DNA of 64,000 nt from contig CM082585.2 in assembly GCA_040954595.2 (NCBI GenBank), forward strand, positions 12,466,127 through 12,530,126, written 5' to 3'. This document shows positions 39,801 to 54,237 of the stretch, piece after piece (positions within the stretch are counted from its first letter, which is position 1; each line of letters begins with the position of its first letter). Below the pieces are notes generated by a model, which worked only from the letters and a program-made list of their open reading frames with translations, had not been told where the DNA came from and did no database searches. Position numbers and translations under genes: made by a program. The DNA comes from Balanoglossus misakiensis (taxonomy: Eukaryota; Animalia; Hemichordata).

Positions 39801-41079
39801 ACGGGTAATTTTAACTTAATGAGCACAAGATTTGCAACAGATACCAATTTCAGTTTGTGAAATAATGAGTATCTGTACAAAGAAAACTGTCAAACAACAT
39901 GTGTATGTGTATAATTAGAAATATTATTTCAAAAAAGCATCTGTGCTTTTCAATAACACTGAATGTGAAATGATGTGCGATTCCCAAAATATGGAACTGA
40001 TCTTAGTTTTGTGAAACATGTTCATGTTTTTTTCTTTATGTCTCAGTGAATTACTGAATAGCTTTCTATCTTCTTTCCAGATTATAGCAATTGATGCTCA
40101 TAGTTAACATTTGACTGGACAGTTCTGACACAACACATCAAATGACTGTAAAAAGGTATTTGTTTCTTATTATTCAAAACTCATATATCTTGACTGACCT
40201 TTTTACTGTGTGTGGCTTATTTCACCATAGCATCTCTACCAGATCAGGGCGTTATTTCCTCTTGGACAGGGTATTATTTCTACCTTGTCAGGGCATTATC
40301 TCTTCCATATCAGAGTATTATTGTAATCATAACAAAGACATTTTACACCAGAGTATTATTTCTATCAGGACAAAGACACAAACATGACTTTGAAATAAGT
40401 TCTGCTTTTAGTATATTTCCCGATTACAGAACATTATGACCTTGGAAGGGAGCCCACCACGTACATTCCATTCTAACAAACTTGATGAAGTTACCTTTGC
40501 CATGATATGCATGTCCACATCAAAATACCAGTATATACTTCATATTACTAGTACAATAAGTATAAATGTGTATTATCATTTTCCTGCATAACTTTTTGTT
40601 GATAACTCTGATCTATGCATACACACTCCCCCTCCCCCCGACTTGCTGAAGACATGCACTGCTTTACAAGATCATAACTTCTTCAGTTTATAGTTTAATG
40701 ATTGGTTGAAACTATGTGGACACTTACACTTTTGTAAGAAATAAAGTGATTGGTTAGCTCAAAACCACATGACTTGACAAAGTTGGTCATTTCCAATCAT
40801 GTGACATCAAACTGCAGAATGAAAAGGAGGGAGTACTCAAATTTTAAATGATTATTTTGCTGCAGGACACATCATCTTGAAAATTTGATTGTTGGCTGGA
40901 ATTCAATATGATGGACAAGTAAATCAAATGAGCAAAACAGTGATGAAGTCATTTTACATGGCTACACAGGCACTACATAGTAGAAAATGCTCCATACTTG
41001 TGGTATAATACAAAGTACAAAAAATTACCATCTATTTGGGGTTCACATTATAAAAATCTCCACCCCAGCAGACCTTATA

Positions 41080-44000
41080 CTATGTATAACCAGTTGTTAG
41101 GGAATACAGTACTGTCCAAAATAGGATGCATAATAATGCTAATAGATGGTGTCCATGGCAACAAACAGATGCTGAGAAAACTGCTGAGGAAGAATTTGTA
41201 TTGTTCATCACTTTAAATGTACAAATGTCACTCTGATCTACAACTGTCATTGAACTGGTATTGTCATTCTGCGCGGCACATCCAAAACAAGATGGCGGCG
41301 TATCGTAAATATGGTTAAACTTGAGGTCCCGTAAACCTGAAATAACACAAAAGCATGAAAAATTAGAAAAGAATTAAACCCATTAACATCCATCTGAAGC
41401 TATTAATTGTAAACAGGATCACTTGGATTATATGGTAATGTGTGATAGTTGAAAAAACATGACACATGTGGTAGCAGAATATTTGAATGTTATGTGAGAC
41501 TCACCTGGGCAGACAAATGTAGGTAACCCTGTATATGTCATATTAGGTAGTAAATAAGGGCACCGAGCTGTAACTTTTCCACAGGTGTTTAAACAAGGCC
41601 GAACTTTTTCACCATTTTCGAAAAAGTTTAACTCTGTAGCACAAATCCATTCTCTATACGCCTTCTGCAAAAAAAAAAAATTAAACAGATTTAGTCACTG
41701 ACAAAATAAACACAGGTCACTGAAAGGGTGCCAAGGTAAAAATACGAGAAGTATATGACTGTGAGAAGGCTAATACTACTGGGGTTCCCAAATAATTTAA
41801 TTGAGAGCTGTTTGTGGACATATCTTTGCTAAACAGCAATGTTCAATTCCAGAAGCTGGTTCCCTATCCCTTCCCTTTATTGACATGGAATTTGGGAAGT
41901 TAATATTTTGTCAGTGATTTCATTACTATACAGTACTGTATAATGTACTATACAGAGGAGAAAAGGGTAGTGTAAGCAAAGCTATCTCCCAATAACTTAA
42001 CATAATACAACAAGAATGTCAGTAAGTTTGAAGTAATTAGAAGCAAACCTTTCAACTTCTACTGCATGTTTTTACCTACGAAAGGTCACATGATGTCTGT
42101 GACAAGTTGACCTCAACATCCATGTATCTGACCCTCTGACATGATGGAACATAAACATCCTTTTTCGCAACTGATCTAAAAACCATTTACTGGTAGAAGA
42201 TCTGAACATTCTCTTAATGGTCTTTTCACAACATGTAAAACATTGCCCCTTTTGCCTGCATTTTTCCTTGGTGCTTTGCCATCAAATTATCAAAATTGGT
42301 TTCACTGCAACATTATGTCAGAGGTCAAATATCAGAAATCCATATCATGTCAAACTCTACTGAATGGCAAAAGCATGTGTTCTTTCCGAGGCCCATCAAT
42401 TTTACTTCACACCAGCTGGAGTAAGGTTGATTTATTTGGGTTTTTTCTTTAAGTTATTCCATTTGACCTTAATATCCTTTGTTGACAGGGCTGTCAACTA
42501 ATTAACAAATAATTGCACAGGTTTAATACACAAACAATAAAGTCAATTGGCTAACACCGGGCCAACCCAACGTTAGCCCAGTCTTAGCTAATGGGAAAAG
42601 AACACTTGCTTATGCTCTATACTGTAATGTACTGTACTGTATTGTACTGTAATGCACTATACTGTACTGTTTGAGGTTTAGAGTCAACCACACGGTAAAG
42701 CCAGGCAAACCTAGATTTTCCTAAGCACTGCGAGCTTGTATGATATACAGTGTACTCAAAATGGTTTGTGATCTACATGAAGAAAGTTGGACTGGTCTGC
42801 CTATTTAGCTAGAGTGAACCCCTGAATGACATTGACAGTGAGATTGATTGACTTTGGGGGTCCGACTGATATATGGACAAGACTACATGGGGTTAGACTG
42901 TAGATCTATGGGCATATAATTAGACTGACCTGAGTCCAGACTTATAGACAGTCTACATATGAGGTTTGACAGAATTATACAATAAGACTGTGGAAGTTAC
43001 TGTACTTTTACCTAAATACGGAGACTGTCATATCTGCACCTGACCTGATATGAAGTGTAATTAAGCTGAGCTATTGTATCAAAATGAACTCAAATCAATA
43101 AGTGGTTAGATTGATGTATATTACACTGAAACTATAGACAACACAAGTTACCATGACAACACTGCACACATGAATGGTACCATCTTTCTCTGCTTTAGTG
43201 GTCCTCATGGCATCATAAATGGCATTTACTCTTTTATGAAACAATTTCCACATAAATCTTCTAACATTTGCTTTTATCTGTATGTGCAAAGGTCTGTTCT
43301 TACCAATAATCTTTGTTGTAAATACCTACAACATAAATGTTGAAAAAGTAACTATTACAAGTTGCAGCCACTATCCTTGTACAATTTTTACAGAACACAA
43401 ATTTGATTGCTTAATTCCAATGTTTGATGTTAGTTACAAAGTATCATTTGCATCTAACCCCAAAATGGTAGACCATTTACCATGATGAACCTCCCAAGTT
43501 CCATGTCAATTTCTTGTCTTTGATATTCATAGTAAAGTGATATATACAATACAGGGTGATCTGAAAGCCTGGATTTTTCAGAAAAAGGACATACACATGT
43601 GTTGGCTGAGTTTCTTGATTGGAAAGAAATCACTGTTGATTTTTAATCTTAACTAACGACTATAATGTTATCAGTGGTGAAAAAGAGAACACATTTTCAG
43701 GAATAGTGGTGTGTGAAAAAATCTCATTAACTGATATATGTTCCAGATATAAAATAAAATTAGTCATTAAATTAAGAAAAGAAAAGCATTAATTCTCATT
43801 AATAACCTGTCTTCTGCAGGTATGGTTGGGTCAGATCAATCAGAGATTTAAACTTGTCATGTGTAATTGTGTGTGTTCCATACCAGTGAGCTGTAAACTG
43901 AAATATCTACTTTACAGATATTGCACACACTGGGATAATGTACCCTCATTTTTCAAGACTTCAAATCAATTTGTGATGATGACATCGGTGGCAGCAATGT

Positions 44001-45362
44001 CCTACTTCAGCCAATCTGATGACACAAGTCATACCTTAATACAATTAATGTTATGTATTAATTGTGACTGTTTGTATTATTTTTAGTATATGTTCTTAAT
44101 ACCTATTTGTTATCATTAAATGAAAAGTGCTAATTAAAACTGATATAAGTAAGACAGGGTGACAATGTTGTCCTCTAGATTGGGAGTGCAGAAGAAAAAT
44201 AATGAAGTATATAAAATTCATCAGTCCACGCTGCAACCAGCGGATATTCTATGCGTAGCTGGTTTAGCTGTTCATGTGAGAGGCCTACAAAAGGGGTGTT
44301 TCTAAATGCGTTGTAAGTGCGTCGCCGTTCAAACATTATCAGTGTAGATCTCCGTCATTGGCATACATCGAACGTTACTTTAGCTTCGTCTTTACACGTC
44401 GAAAATCGGGCCTGAGGGAGTGATGGGGCATAAATTACTAACATATTATTTTTCATTTGCTAAAAATTGCAGGACTCTATCTGATAAAAGTAAGCCTACA
44501 AAAAGGCTACGAAAATGAAAGATAATGCTTGCACGCAAAAGTATTTCACATTGAACGTTGGAGCCGGGGCCGGCTGAATATATATTGCATATGATGCGGA
44601 GAACGAACAGCGTAAAGCCGCCCTGTATATATCCAGCTTGCTCGCTTGCTCAATTATCAAATGTCTGGGAGTTATTCACTCAAATGGCCTACAACAAAAG
44701 ATGCTTTTCAAACGGAATGTGCTACCAGTACAAAACAAGAGGCACTGCTTAGAAACTGCTACAAAGGTGCTCAATAGATAGGGAGGGTAAGCGATTTCAT
44801 TGCAAGTAACAGTGTCGGAGTTTCTACTTACCAGACAATCCTGGCATCCGAAAATGTCAGAAAATCCATGGCCGCAGTCATAGCGACCAAGTATATCTTT
44901 GAAATCCTGGTACATTATTTTTACTGAGGTGTCGTTAGCTATTATATCGTGAAGACAGGTTCTACACTCCTCGGGTTTTGACAAAGAGAGGCAGTTTTCA
45001 CTAGAATCAGAAAATAAATTTGAAAAGGGAATGGAGGTACAAAATGGTAACCCAATGTCGTGTTGTTGCGTTCTACAACCAGCTGTATAGTTGGTACACA
45101 ATTCGTCTACAAATTCACCCGTCAAATGAAAACACTGTTCTCCTTTTCCTAAGCTATTATTACAAGATGATGTGACAAAATATTCACGTATTGGCGAGCA
45201 ACTGGAACTAGTTCGCCAGGCGAAGACGTTTCCCAAATCCTGGTTACTCAGAAGGATGGTGAAAAATAACAAGGATGCAAGACTGAGTCGCCATCTTTGT
45301 AAAAGCTCCTGATAAGGCCTTTCAGCGACGACAGCACCCCCATTGTAACACCCAAATGACAT
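41080..45362 (-). CDS. FAM155: NALCN channel auxiliary factor (NALF/FAM155 family), 3 exons
   Basis: Exons 45362-44832, 41664-41505 and 41336-41080 splice in frame. Diagnostic QRWRLSLASLLFFTILLS. Cys-rich domain ILGRYDCGHGFS...CQDCL-KAYREWIC...PCLNTCGKVTARCPYLLP...GLPTFVC. Hydrophobic C-terminus LLALLCILFWTVLYSLTTGYT*. Confidence 0.93.
42617..42672. repeat. Degenerate (ACTGT)n microsatellite
   Basis: TACTGTAATGTACTGTACTGTATTGTACTGT... in NALF intron 1. Confidence 0.7.
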
Positions 45363-47606
45363 ATTTCAACAACAGGGAATCGGTCTTCTGCGTTCCTCAT
45401 GAAAGATGCTTAAACCCAACGGGCGATCGACAGGAAAACCGACGATCAGTTCCTTGTATTCCGTCAGCACGCACTTCTATTCCTTACTCGGCGTTTCCCC
45501 GCAAACGTTGAAATCCATCAATGGTTGTGCAAAAACGCAAGATCCTTCAAATAAATACGTTCCCAGTATTTCCCGAAGCTGTTCCGTGTTAAATTAACAT
45601 CTTTGAGGCGGTGACAAATGCCGATTTTCGTTTGCAGAGATACAGAGACTGCTAGGCGATGTGAACTCCATTTTATTCCTATACCGTCGCCGCCATCTTG
45701 ACCACTTCCGAATTCACTCACTCTCAACGCGCATGCCCGTATTAATTAGGTTAATTAGTTAAATAACTGAGTCCGTTATCACGTGTAATTTCAGCACAGT
45801 TTTAAATTTACACGGACAACATGTTTTCGTATTAAACCGAAAGGCTTAAGGGTCGGTGGTTCAAATTCTATGTCCGCCTTTAGTTTTTTTATTTTCGTTT
45901 ATTATCATTATTATTATTTTTCATCTGGGGCGCCCTTTCGGGGCTTATGCCTAATTTAGTTATCAATTTCTCTGCCGTACCACCTGTATCACCCACGTAG
46001 ATAGAACTCTACCATAACACAAAAAAGTATAATATTGACATGATACCTCAATAGCTCACATTATTTCGTACTTGCCGGCCATTATCACTGACGTCATTGA
46101 AAGTCACAAAAGGCTTTCGTTCATTCAATCAATCACGAATACAACTATATTTAATATATATATATATTAAATATATATTAAATATGACCTTGAATTCTTA
46201 TGATTTTTGTGTTGTGTTGTGTTGCCGAATTTTTGGTTAGTCCTTTATTAATAGGTCGCTCCGTGATCTTGCCATCGCTTTACCACTTTAAAAAGCACTA
46301 TTTAAACATTCAGTCTCAAGTCTTCCCTTCACAATATCAATAATGACGCTACTCGTTAATAGAGTTTCATCGAGCCAATTTGTCGCAATTCACGTAAAAT
46401 TAACTTTCATTTTTACGCAAAAACATTCTTTGTAAAAAAAATAACCTGTTTTAACTGTAATATTGTATATGAATACCGTAATGTATTGGATAACCGCCAC
46501 TATCGTATCAAAAGTTTGGGCAGAGCCAGCGAGAGGGTGTACACCCGCATAATTTTAGACTTTGAGTGCGTTCTGATGCAGATGACGTTGAAAATTTTGG
46601 AAGGGTCCTTCTAAAGGAAAGTTTTAAACTAAAGCCCATTTTGTTTCCCCCTCCCCGTTCGCAAACTTCAGTATGATTCCATTGGGATTCTACAAACGGA
46701 AAACCAACAAACGCATGTACAGAGAGCTGTCAGATAAATGAGTCACGTGGTACCTAAAACGACTTGAGTGACCGATAGAAAAACTGACACAGAATAAATT
46801 CACCAACGTAAAAGTAATTCATCGACAAAATGTTGAAGACCCATCTCTGCTGTTGCGTAATCACGGATACTCCGACGCGACGCGGCGTCGACAGCAATTT
46901 CTTGATACCGCCCTCTACGACGAAAGCTGTATTTACTCGAGGTTTCGTTTTACGCATCTATCGTGATTACGGGATTTAGAATAGGATACATCATGTTTTC
47001 TCAGCACTGGGATGACTATGAACAGAAGTACTTGAATAATTTAAATCAATTCACTTGACAAATCATGGTATTAAGGTTCCACCTCTAGTGGGTATATAGG
47101 CAGCTAGTTCATAAAAGTTGAGCACATTTCGATGTTTTGTATGGTTCACATCGAAGACAGTTAAAGTAGTTGGTAGTTGGAATAGATGGAGACAGAGAGG
47201 CTACATACAATTCAAAACAATTTATTTCATTCAACAAACTGCAAAAAAAGAAGAAACACATCTAGTCTAGGTCAAGTCTCTCAATAAATGAATAAAGAAC
47301 AACATGCCAAGTTTTTCTATTACTACTATAATGCTGGAGGTAGCTAACATATTGTAACAAATTTGAACAAAATGGGTTCAGACATGGTAGAACATGGATC
47401 CAAGACACACAGACAAGTCTGGATGAGCCACGTCCAATACATGTACATCTTCGTATAAAGTAAGTCTTTGTAGGAGCCGTGTATTTCTGGCATCCATGGT
47501 AGTAAAGGTTAGAATTTCAAATCTGCATTTATAACAATACAATTCCTCTACAATCTATAAAGACACACTGCCAGTAATTCCTCAGTCGACTTTACACTGT
47601 TTGGGT

Positions 47607-50600
47607 TCAACGACAGAACCACAATCTTAGTGAATTGTCTCTTGTTATTTGATTTGATGTTACGATGTCATCATCACTGTCACTATCTGATGCCATAGGA
47701 ACTGGAAATTTCCTTTCTCCTGATGCAGTGGCCATGATAGGAAGGGACGGATGTAGACTGTTGAAAGTAAAACAATACAAAGTTGATGAAAAAGTAACTA
47801 GCCAACTAAGATGAACAATAAAAGTAAGTCATATGCATGTTGTTTTATGAAGGCAAATAATGAACAGACTGTTCAGTCATGATTTGCAGTGTCAGGTCTC
47901 TTTCCAAGATCTAATTGGCGCCCTCTAGGGCTCCAATGAATTTTTATGTCACCCTGCCAAACAGAGAAAGAGAATTTTGTCAACAGTGAACTGTGCTAAG
48001 TGAGGCCTTACCTGAGACCATTCACAGCATCATTATGTGCAGCATATGTCATTAACGGCAGAAGTGTTGGTGTACCATCGCTGCTTCCAATAACAGCTGC
48101 AGTGGTGTCCCATACTGTTACCACACTATCCTGATTTCCAGATGCTATGTACTTCCCAGTACTATGTTGGCCAAACATTCAAAGAATGAATTTTAAAAAT
48201 TGACAATTAAAAACAGCCCAAAAAATGAGAAACATGGGTACATAATTGTGGAGTTATGTAGATAATCTCTCTCAATATACAATACACTAGATTAAAAAAA
48301 CAGAATCATGTACATGACCACAGTACATCCCACCAGCCATTTTTGGTATGTGTTCGGTCTGTCATGAAATTGCTGAATTCAGTTTTGTATAGAATATGTA
48401 ATCTAATTTATCCCAGTAATGACTTCAATCTTTCCATTGAGTTTAGATGAATAGCTTACCTATCGATATCAAAGTATACTCTTTGATTTGAAGTTGCACC
48501 TCGTACCATTCTGTACAAAATACCACTTGGGTTTCGGATGTCCCAACATAAAATTTCTGAATCCTAAAAAAGATATCAAACATTTTACTGTACATGTTGG
48601 TGCTCTCTGACCATAATATTGATGATACTCTCATCTTAAGCTCACAAATGTTAGAGTCAGCGATCACAATCACTTGTGCAGGCTAAAGATCATGATATTG
48701 CCCCCACTGTCAACTACATCACACACAGTCAACAAAAAGGGTTAAACTTGGGTACGATTTAAACACTGAATGGCAGGTTTGAATCAAACATTCATCGATA
48801 GCAATACTTTCAGATAGCAAACCCTTTTTGGTCAAGCAGACTGGGGGCTGATTAGCCTGATACACAAAAAATGTAAGGATATGAGGGGGATGTTTCTCCT
48901 TTAGAGTTATACAGTGACATGAATCCCAGAATGGATTTGACTTACCTTTCTACCGCCAGAATACAGCAGATTTCCATCTGGAGAAAACTTCAAGTGAGTC
49001 AAACCACCTTGATGTCCACCCAGTAGAAATTCAAGTTTGCCTTTAGATTCACTGTAAATCCCAACTAAATTAAAGGAAAGGTCTGTGTGAATCACCAAGA
49101 GAGGTGCCTCACCACAAGACTTAGAGTGATGCCCACACATAGTCGTGTAAATTGGATGAGATTAAATCTGTATCTGAGTTTTTGCTATAATGTGTATGGA
49201 AGTAAACAGTCAGCAACGATTGAGCCAAGTTTATATCGATTGATTTATTAATGTTAGAAATAAACCAAGCAGTATACTAACTTGCATAAAAAATAAACAC
49301 TAATAATAAGTCAAATAGACATGTCAACACTTTTCATTGTTAGTCAGCTGTTTCACCAAGACATGTTTCGTATCATTAAGTGTCAACATGAGGCAAACAT
49401 TGATGGCGCCCTCTGGAGAGACAAACATGAATCTTGTTCAGTGCATCAACAGTCAACATTTGAGAGATTGGAACAAAGATTCTAGCCTACAACATCTCAC
49501 CCAATTTGCAGTAAGAGCCAGCTGCATACAGCTTCAATTGCTGTGGATTCATTGCAATGCATGAGATTATGCCAGCTTGTCCCTTCTTCTTGGCTGAAAG
49601 ATTTGATTCAACAATACGAAAGTGACAATGTCATATTACACTTTCCAACTATCAGCAAAAATTCAAATTTCTTTGTGTGCTACAACAATTTGATCAGTAA
49701 ATCCTGAAACATAGACAGGCAAACATGCAGACAGGAAGGTAAACATCCACAAGATTACAAAAAAACAGTTGACAAGTATAATATTATTCTTACCATGTGT
49801 CAGTCTTTCTTCACAATCTCTGCCAGGTCTATCTGTATAAAACACCCTTATCTTTTTATTAAAACCACAGTAGAGTTTCTTACCATCCATGCTAAATGCC
49901 ACAGACAATGGTGACACCATCTCATCCTATAAAAAGTAACATTTTATTCAGAGTGTGACCTCATTTCTGATACCAACCAAAATGATTTTATGTATTTATA
50001 GAATTGATATACACAGAGAATAGACTCCGAAATCCTAGTATTAATGTAGAATACAAAGGTATGGGTGGTTGGCTGCTTTGTTGGATTGATGGATAAAACC
50101 ACCAAACAAATGTACTAAACATTTACCAAATGATCAAATGCTCGATATGTACATCTCAGCTGTCCAGTGAATGCATCCCACATCTGTATAGGGTGATCAC
50201 GAGAACTGCTTACAAAGCTGGAAGATGAAGGTGATGTCACATACGTTTGTCACTGCAGATATCAAAGATGTTTCAAAGTACCACTCTGCAATTATTTTTT
50301 TTTTAAATCAAGTTTTCCACCTACATTATTGTGATCTGTAACTTGGTAGAAAATGAGACCAAGAGAAGACTGTTGTGACAAGAATTCAAGACATATTTGA
50401 AATTTACCAGCATGTACTTGGTTCTGTTGACTTCATTGGTGGATACCATGCATAGTCATAAACCAGTTCTCCAACCGCAACACTAAAAACGTCATCCATT
50501 TCTGCTAGGTCTGAGTACTGACCATGATAGATTTCATTTGGCAGATTAAACACTCTCAGTTTGTCATCATCACTGTTAGTTAGAATACAGGTGCCATCGG

Positions 50601-51708
50601 GAGACCTGATTGGAAGAAATATAAAGGTTAGTGACACACAATCGTCAGTGAAAAATGTACAAGTCTTGGTTGTGAATTTCCACAGCGCCATCTGACAGGC
50701 AACTATGACATGATTGAGTTAAACAACCTATATCCCATGTTTTACACATAGGCACTAATAGCAGGTGTGATTGTACACATGAAATCTCAATAACAGTTAG
50801 AAAGTAGGTCAGTTTTGGGCTAATGTTCTGATCTGTACTATACCCAGAATTCCAAACTATATAGCAAAAGGATTAATGTTAATGGTTGTAAAATTTACCA
50901 TCCAGAACTCACAAAAGAATATTATGTTTTCTTGATCTAAATCTGACCTGAAACTGAACACTTACCATTTACAACCTTTCAAAAAGTTGGCGGGAAATGC
51001 ATCAAAACTTCTCCATGCTCCCGTCATTTGAACAGGGAAGGTGTGAAAACCAAATGAGTAACTGATGAAATATAAAATATTTAATTTAGACCAGTGCTCA
51101 TGAAAGCGTAGTTGACAAGCTTGTGATAGTTATCAGTGACAGGTAAATGCTTTGCTAACAATAACACGCAGAAACTGGACCAAACACTGGCAGGCGTCTG
51201 ACATAAAATTTGGAAAGGAATGCTTTGTTTTGATGACTCTCTTCTGTAATGTTTCTTGGAAACCGTACAGTAAAATCCGGGAAAACAGAATAACACAAGT
51301 GAGCTAATCATGTTTATAATGATAGACACTGATACAGCATAAAAAAGGTTGTCCTCACTGTTTAACGTCGATTTCAATTTCATCAGTTTCAGTCTGGGCT
51401 TGCTGGATTTCCTCTCCTTCATCAATCATTGTCTCACTCTCAGCAGTTTCTTCAGTGATACTTGTACTGCTATTGCAATCAGAGTCTTGATCCTCTTGGC
51501 TTTGTAATGCATATTCTTGAGGATTACTCTCCGCTTCAAGTTCAAGTAGTGTTTCAAGAAGCTCTAGATCTCTTTCATCCATATCATCATAACACTCCTG
51601 TGCAGCATGCACTTTTGGCAAGCGCTCTTCGCCTTGTGACATATCTCCAGAATGACTCACTCCCTCATCATCAGATAAATTACGTGTGTCCTTTTGTGAA
51701 CTTGTCAT
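47607..51708 (-). CDS. WRAP53: Telomerase Cajal body protein 1 (WD40)
   Basis: Acidic N-terminal exon 51708-51359, then [129 protein letters not shown]. Stop at 47609-47607. Probable non-coding first exon with donor near 52160. Confidence 0.95.
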
Positions 51709-52676
51709 GTTGAGCTTCTCGACACTTTCTACACGGTAAAATTTGTTTTAATATGAAAAGGGTTAACGTTATAAGTACTCTCAGTTTGACCGTAGAGGGC
51801 ACATGTTGCACAAAAACATTAATGGACTCTGCCAGAAGCCTCATCATGTGGATCGAGTTGTGCGTGCCATGATACTACATGTAGTAGTAAATAACATTTG
51901 CGATAGTACACCACGGTTACCTCGTGCCACAATTTGAAAGTTTCTGGTTGTCAGTACAGTGACACCGACATTGTACAAGGCGTAAGACACACAGCCCTGC
52001 CACGCAGAGCTAGACAAGACCATGGACATCTTTTTACGTCCATGGTGTAACTAAACCGGACAAGATCCACCGCACGTGGACCCGATCTACGGACTAGGAG
52101 GTCGGATTTGCAGTCTGTTCAGCCAGTTAAATTTGTGTTTGTTTGTACAAATGTACTCACAATCTCCAGGATCCACTCCTGTTATTTGGTTCGACGTGTT
52201 TCCAAAAAAAGACACATTCTCTTTTGAATGATCATTCCTAGTGAATTCCAGTATATGATTCATTTCGGATTGTTTGGGTTGAGTAATTACATTAAATGCG
52301 TTGTATCATGGTAGGAATGCAGTAGATTCATACGATTTTATCACTTTTAAAACAAAAGCCAGAGTTAATTTAATTTTATATTTGTCCATGTACCCATGAT
52401 TTTAGCGTTTATAAATAGATTTGGAGTATAATCGAAATCTACTGCGAATGAAAAGTGACAGGTTGGTGTAAACATGCCCTAGCTATTGGGCACATACGCT
52501 TGTGCATTCTAGAAACAAGCATGTGTGAAAACGAAGTGTTAAAAACCCCCACCAAACTTTAAGTTTTGATATTATTCGGAGACTCTGGGTGGCATATCGA
52601 ATTGTAGCTGCAGTTCAGTAGCTCGATGTTTTGCCTAGGGGCAGACGGCAAAACCACAAACACACAGGCAAAACTT

Positions 52677-52764
52677 TAGCTCTGCGTACAGGTCTGTGTG
52701 TTCCCGGCGTTACACGGTGGAGGCCGTGTAACGCCGGGAACACACAGACCTGTACGCAGGGCTA
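52677..52764. mobile_element. 88-bp palindromic MITE with 9-bp target-site duplication
   Basis: 41-bp arms (52677-52717 and 52724-52764, 1 mismatch) around a 6-bp spacer. TSD GCAAAACTT at 52668-52676 and 52765-52773. Confidence 0.9.
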
Positions 52765-54237
52765 GCAAAACTTGAGCTACTGAACTCCGCAGCTAAGCGA
52801 ATTGGAACCTCCCACGGGCGACTGTGATAAATAGGCCCCTCCCCTGATTTTGTTATCAAACCATTGGCACGTGAGATTTGCTGAATAATCGAGAAGAGAT
52901 TTACCTGTTTGATAACAGCCATCACCGTTCATTAAAACCATGGTCTGAACAAGGTGATCCCAAATCATGTCACCTGTGTTTGACTTGTCAGCTACGATCG
53001 TATAGGTTGTCTGGTATTATCCCAAGTGTTTATTTGGATAAAATTTAACTTGGATTACGTTTCGAGACAGAATGTATCATGTTGAACTTTGACTTAGTTT
53101 CCGAACTATAAATTGAATGTAAGGTTAAAGGTTGCTACACATCTCCAACGATCCGGTACAGAGAAAGGTCAACTGACACCGGTAAGTGAGCTTCGCTCAT
53201 CTTTAACGTAGGGCTATACACTTACTACTGGAGATGATATAGGAGGATGTTAACACCTATGTGATCGTTCACACGTTCAATAACTCTGAGTCAAATTATA
53301 TAGATACACATGTGCTGGAGGCGACACATTTTGAAAAAAAAAGTTCAAAGAACGATCACTGCGTGAGATGTAAACGCCTGGAGAGACATAAGATGGAGGG
53401 AGTCGAGGTGAGAGAAAGATTTCAAGTCTCATAAAACTGTCAGTCTCACAGGATAAAAATGAATATATGCATATCGTTGAAACATACCCTCGCTCAAAAA
53501 CTCTCCCTCGATAACTTTATATACTGGTAGTCACGCGCTTGCAATTGGGTCTAGATCGACGCCTGGTCTCCGGGCTAAATTGGGTCACGCGATAGACTGT
53601 TATCACAGTGTATACAACACTGCAGATGGGCATAGTTTGTGGTGCATATGGACAGAATAACTTTGGTCAATTCTAACCATCCAGTAATAATAATCACTTT
53701 CAGTAGTTATAGCTGATGGTTTTGTGAGTTGGTCTACATTTGATTTTTTGGTCCTATTTAGTAATCCTCGCTGTGGGCGACTGATTAGATTGCGAACACA
53801 AAATCTTGGGTTTTGCCCTACATTCGTTACTCATTAACATATTGGGCAGACTGACATCTTAATGGCACACACGACTTAGATGTAATCTCTGTTTTAATTT
53901 TAAAGTTTCACAAAACACCTCGACCCAGTTCGAGAGCTGACATTCAGTCAAGGGTCACTTCAGTAGATAGAGATTGCTCTGCATTCTACCATTCAGAGCG
54001 TTGTGGTTGTTATGGCCTAAGACGCTGTATCTGAAAGTCGCCTGGTCAGGTGGAAAAAAAAGGAAAAGACAAGTTAGTTTCATCATCAAATCCACAATGG
54101 TCGAAGTGAAAGCGACTGTGCTGCGGCTCGGTTTGTTGTGACCAGTCTTTCATGGTGATGAGTCTCTGCAACATCGAATCAATTTTCTCTTTACAGGCCT
54201 ACAGCAAACTCAACTTTTCGTCGAAATAGACCTAGTC

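Noticed and set aside
45835-45880. tRNA-like GGTTCAAATTC B-box
   Set aside because: I could not form a cloverleaf or find an A-box. At most it is a decayed SINE fragment.
52046-52130. Possible third palindromic MITE near the WRAP53 5' end
   Set aside because: The arms match poorly and there is no TSD.
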